Shown piece after piece: positions 60,955 to 64,000 of a stretch of 64,000 nt of DNA (the stretch's first letter is position 1; every line of letters starts with the position of its first letter). This DNA comes from Lepidodermella squamata. Lineage: Eukaryota; Animalia; Gastrotricha. The notes beneath the pieces are model-generated. The model worked only from the letters and a program-made list of their open reading frames with translations. It made no database searches and had not been told where the DNA came from. Location of the stretch: assembly GCA_047495785.1 (NCBI GenBank), contig JBLDXI010000002.1, positions 1,178,001 through 1,242,000 on the forward strand. Direction: 5' to 3'. The translations under genes were made by a program, and so were the position numbers.

Positions 60955-61792
60955 ATGACTGAATACTGGGGTGAATTTCCTTCAACTCAGATATCCGAGT
61001 TATCAACTAGCGATATCGACAGAATCATCGAAGCCTCGAAGAAGTCAGACCAGGACGGTGAAAATTACGGAAATGAGGACGAAAAACGATGCAGATATGT
61101 AATTTATCGAACATCTCCGGAACTTGAAAGACAGCAACAAGTCGCCGTGAAAGTGCATCAAGTTCAGCCGTACTGGCATATGATGGAACTTGCCGAATAC
61201 GCTCGCAAGATGGATGGTGTTATCGAAAAATTGCAAAAGAGGAAACAGCAACATGGCGCGGGAGATTCTAGCTCGACTGGTTACCAAATGAACACCTCGT
61301 ATTCATCCTCTCGTTTTCGGCGTGCACGTCCGTCTTATGTTGTAGACGAGCCTCCTGTTTATGAATCGGATGAGAGTAGGATTTCTCAAGATCTGCCAAG
61401 TAATGGGATGAATGAATTATTTTGCTATGAAATATCGAAAAGAGCTGTTGCTACAATTCTCAGTTGTTACGGGTTTTCAGGTATGAGTATAACTTCTTTG
61501 ATTGAACTTTTTGTGAGATTGATATTTAGATTGCAATTCGGATGTTCTGGCGGTAATTGTAGACTTGCTTCATAACTGGCTGCTCAAAGTATCTAGTGAT
61601 ATCACCGAAATATTGTCGGGCCAAGGCAGTTCTGGCAATGTGTTAGCCGTTATGGATGCACTCGGAGGGTTGCCTTCACTAGCTGATTTTTATACTTTGC
61701 ATGTGCCCTCAATTTATAACAACCTCATCGAGACAGCATCTGCCAAGTATCATCAAGCTGTTAAATTAGCTACGGACGATTCGCTTGAATGA
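60955..61792 (+). CDS. SUPT7L: SAGA/STAGA subunit SUPT7L-like (histone-fold), exons 60955-61480 and 61530-61792
   Basis: N-terminal YWGEFP matches SUPT7L YWGEIP. The histone-fold segment KRAVATILSCYGFSDCNSDVLAVIVDLLHNWLLK spans a 49-bp phase-1 intron. Confidence 0.72.
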
Positions 61793-63625
61793 AAGGACAA
61801 AAAACTCGAGTTTTACTGTTTCTTATTTTTTTGGCGTCTGGCTGATAATAATGTTTATGAACCCTTATCGCACCAAACTTGCAATAAATGAATGGGAATG
61901 TTTTTTTGCCCCGAGTTAATTGCCTTATCGCTAATAAATTTGATCTACAAGAATTCGGGGCATATGTGGATTATTTCTGATAAAACCGCAAGGTAGGAAT
62001 ATTTATAGCGGAAAAATTACTTCATTTATGCTCAACCTAATTTTTATAGACTTGTGGTTCTGAGTATACGCTTGAGATGAACTGCATCTATGTTTCGCTG
62101 GAGATTCTACTTATCTCTGCGCGAAGTGTTGTGCCAAGTGGGCGGTTTTTTATTTGCGCGCATGTATGTGATACCTACTGAAAAGCCCCGGAGAAGCGAA
62201 ACGCGCAGATAACATAGTAGTAAAGTAGATGACAACATCATGTTTCTTATAAACGGGGCGTTATCCCGCTTCTGCTGCTTCTAATAATGACGCGGATGAG
62301 TGCGCTTCTATGTGGGTTGTTTATAAAGCGTGATTTTTTATTTTTAAACACATCCCAGCGTTATCCTGTCATTAAAAGATAGTTTTCCCAGTATTTTTTT
62401 TGCTCGGTCATTGTGCGTTATCTGCCTACGTATCAAGGAAATCTGAAGGTGGATGGAAGTCGTAGTTTTTTTCCGGACGGATAAAAAATGAACTCTAGTT
62501 CATTCTTACCTTTATTATATTATTATATTCCCCCTCTTATCGCGTTAATGTAGTAAAAAAAAAACCAGCATGCATGTTACATTCATGGCCCCATTTACGC
62601 GCCGATCGTTTCGACCTACGTCGATGAGCAATATAGATACCAAGCCAAGTTTTTGTGGGCAGGCAAAAACAAATTGAGCGTAAAACAACGTGACGTCATT
62701 CATTCACAACACAGTTTTGGTGATAAACTTTTCAAGGCGGACTTTAATAAATTTTATCGTGAATTTGAATGATTTTTAACAGCACGTTCTCCCCGTTTTT
62801 AGTTGACTGAGGTAAATTGTTTGCACACGCGTATGATAACGCCAGTATATTGTACCTGTTCTTGCCTTATCAGTGGTTTTTCTATACAACTTACTTGTTT
62901 TATACTTCCATTCTTTCTTTCATCCCGTCTAATGTCAAGTATATAACTACCTATATAGCGCTCAGCCTACGCTTATGCCATTATACTTAGTATAGCGAAG
63001 ACTGCTGTTCAGGGCGACACAAAAAATATAGGTATGCAAATATTACACTGATGACAGCTTTTTCTTCTACAAATGAGAGGCATGAGGCGATGTTGAAGCC
63101 CATCGGCACGGCTGGTTGGTTGGTTAGTTGAGTTTTTCACGATTTACGCACACGGCAAAGCACCGCTACAGTATCAGCCTACGTTTCATTCATGAAAACG
63201 CTACTTTTTATATTATTATTATACGTCACACCAAGTTATACTACTACTGCCGCGACATATGTTTTACTGTCGGCCAACATTATTTCTTCTTTTTTGTTGA
63301 GAGGAGAATTATTATTTACACGAGTTGATTATTATTCTCTCACAAGTTTTTTGTATCACCGCACGGGTTTATTTTTTATTCGGCGTAGTACTTAGCCCCC
63401 AACACCCCCAACTTTCATATTTCCCTCTCTTCACTTCCCCGCAGATTTTTCTTGAATAAATATTTGAATTTTTTGTCGCGTGGTGCACGCTGGCGTGATG
63501 AATAACCATCTTATTTTGGCTGAAAAAACTGGAAAAAAATTCGCGCTAAGCCGCCGCTACCTCCCGTATTGGCTAGCTTCAACGCCTACTTCTTCCAACC
63601 TATTGTTCAACTGAAAGCTTCCTCT

Positions 63626-64000
63626 ATGACAACTTTAGTAGGTGATGAAAATGACCGTTGTCAGTTGTCATCTTTCAGTTCAGATTATTTAGATGAATTC
63701 CGAAGTTTTATCTTATCTCAAGATAGAAAGTGCTCTCAGATTAATACCGTAATTTGTCTTGTTTTTCTCCACGACTACGATTGCTCTAATTATTGCCTGA
63801 ATTTAGGTTATTAGTGTCTTATATTATGAAGGAAAATTTGAATGTTTACGTGTGATGCAAAATCAACACCAAGAATCGGAAAACGGCGACAAAAACAATC
63901 ACACCGAGGCTGTTCAGTCGCTGTTAGAAGAGCAATTCTCGCGAATTTTAGGCTCTTTAAACAGCGATATTAGCAGTAATGCGGCATCGATACCAGTTGC
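63626..64000 (+). CDS. 5' end of an unidentified gene (exon 63626-63748; exon from 63807 runs off the window)
   Basis: ATG-initiated frame, a 58-bp GT-AG intron in phase 0, and a second exon open to the window end. Confidence 0.45.

Overview
Eukaryotic (animal) genomic DNA from a compact invertebrate genome. It has short AT-rich GT-AG introns (mostly ~50-65 bp), no obvious CpG depletion and many non-autonomous TIR elements; the organism cannot be named from this window. Gene order: ~8 kb non-coding region; tyrosine hydroxylase (9 exons); orphan type I membrane protein; GMDS; two divergent orphan membrane proteins; PCF11; ASH2L; LMO7-like; NUDCD2; an apolipoprotein-L/PX-domain fusion; a 12-exon kinase-pseudokinase-ankyrin gene with a decayed paralog upstream; LKAAEAR1; an intronless EML5/6; POP5; SUPT7L; and the start of an unidentified gene. 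The most notable locus is 36.6-51 kb. I could splice an intact ~1994-aa protein with an apparently active NEK-like kinase, a duplicated catalytically dead pseudokinase and ~37-39 ankyrin repeats. Of these, 32 are near-identical 102-bp units that vary mainly at the ligand-binding (DARPin-randomised) positions. The gene is convergent with the ApoL-PX gene and sits in a MITE-rich block. This resembles a variable-repeat immune sensor, possibly with an effector (inference, untested). Very short same-strand intergenic gaps with unpaired splice acceptors suggest operons and SL trans-splicing.
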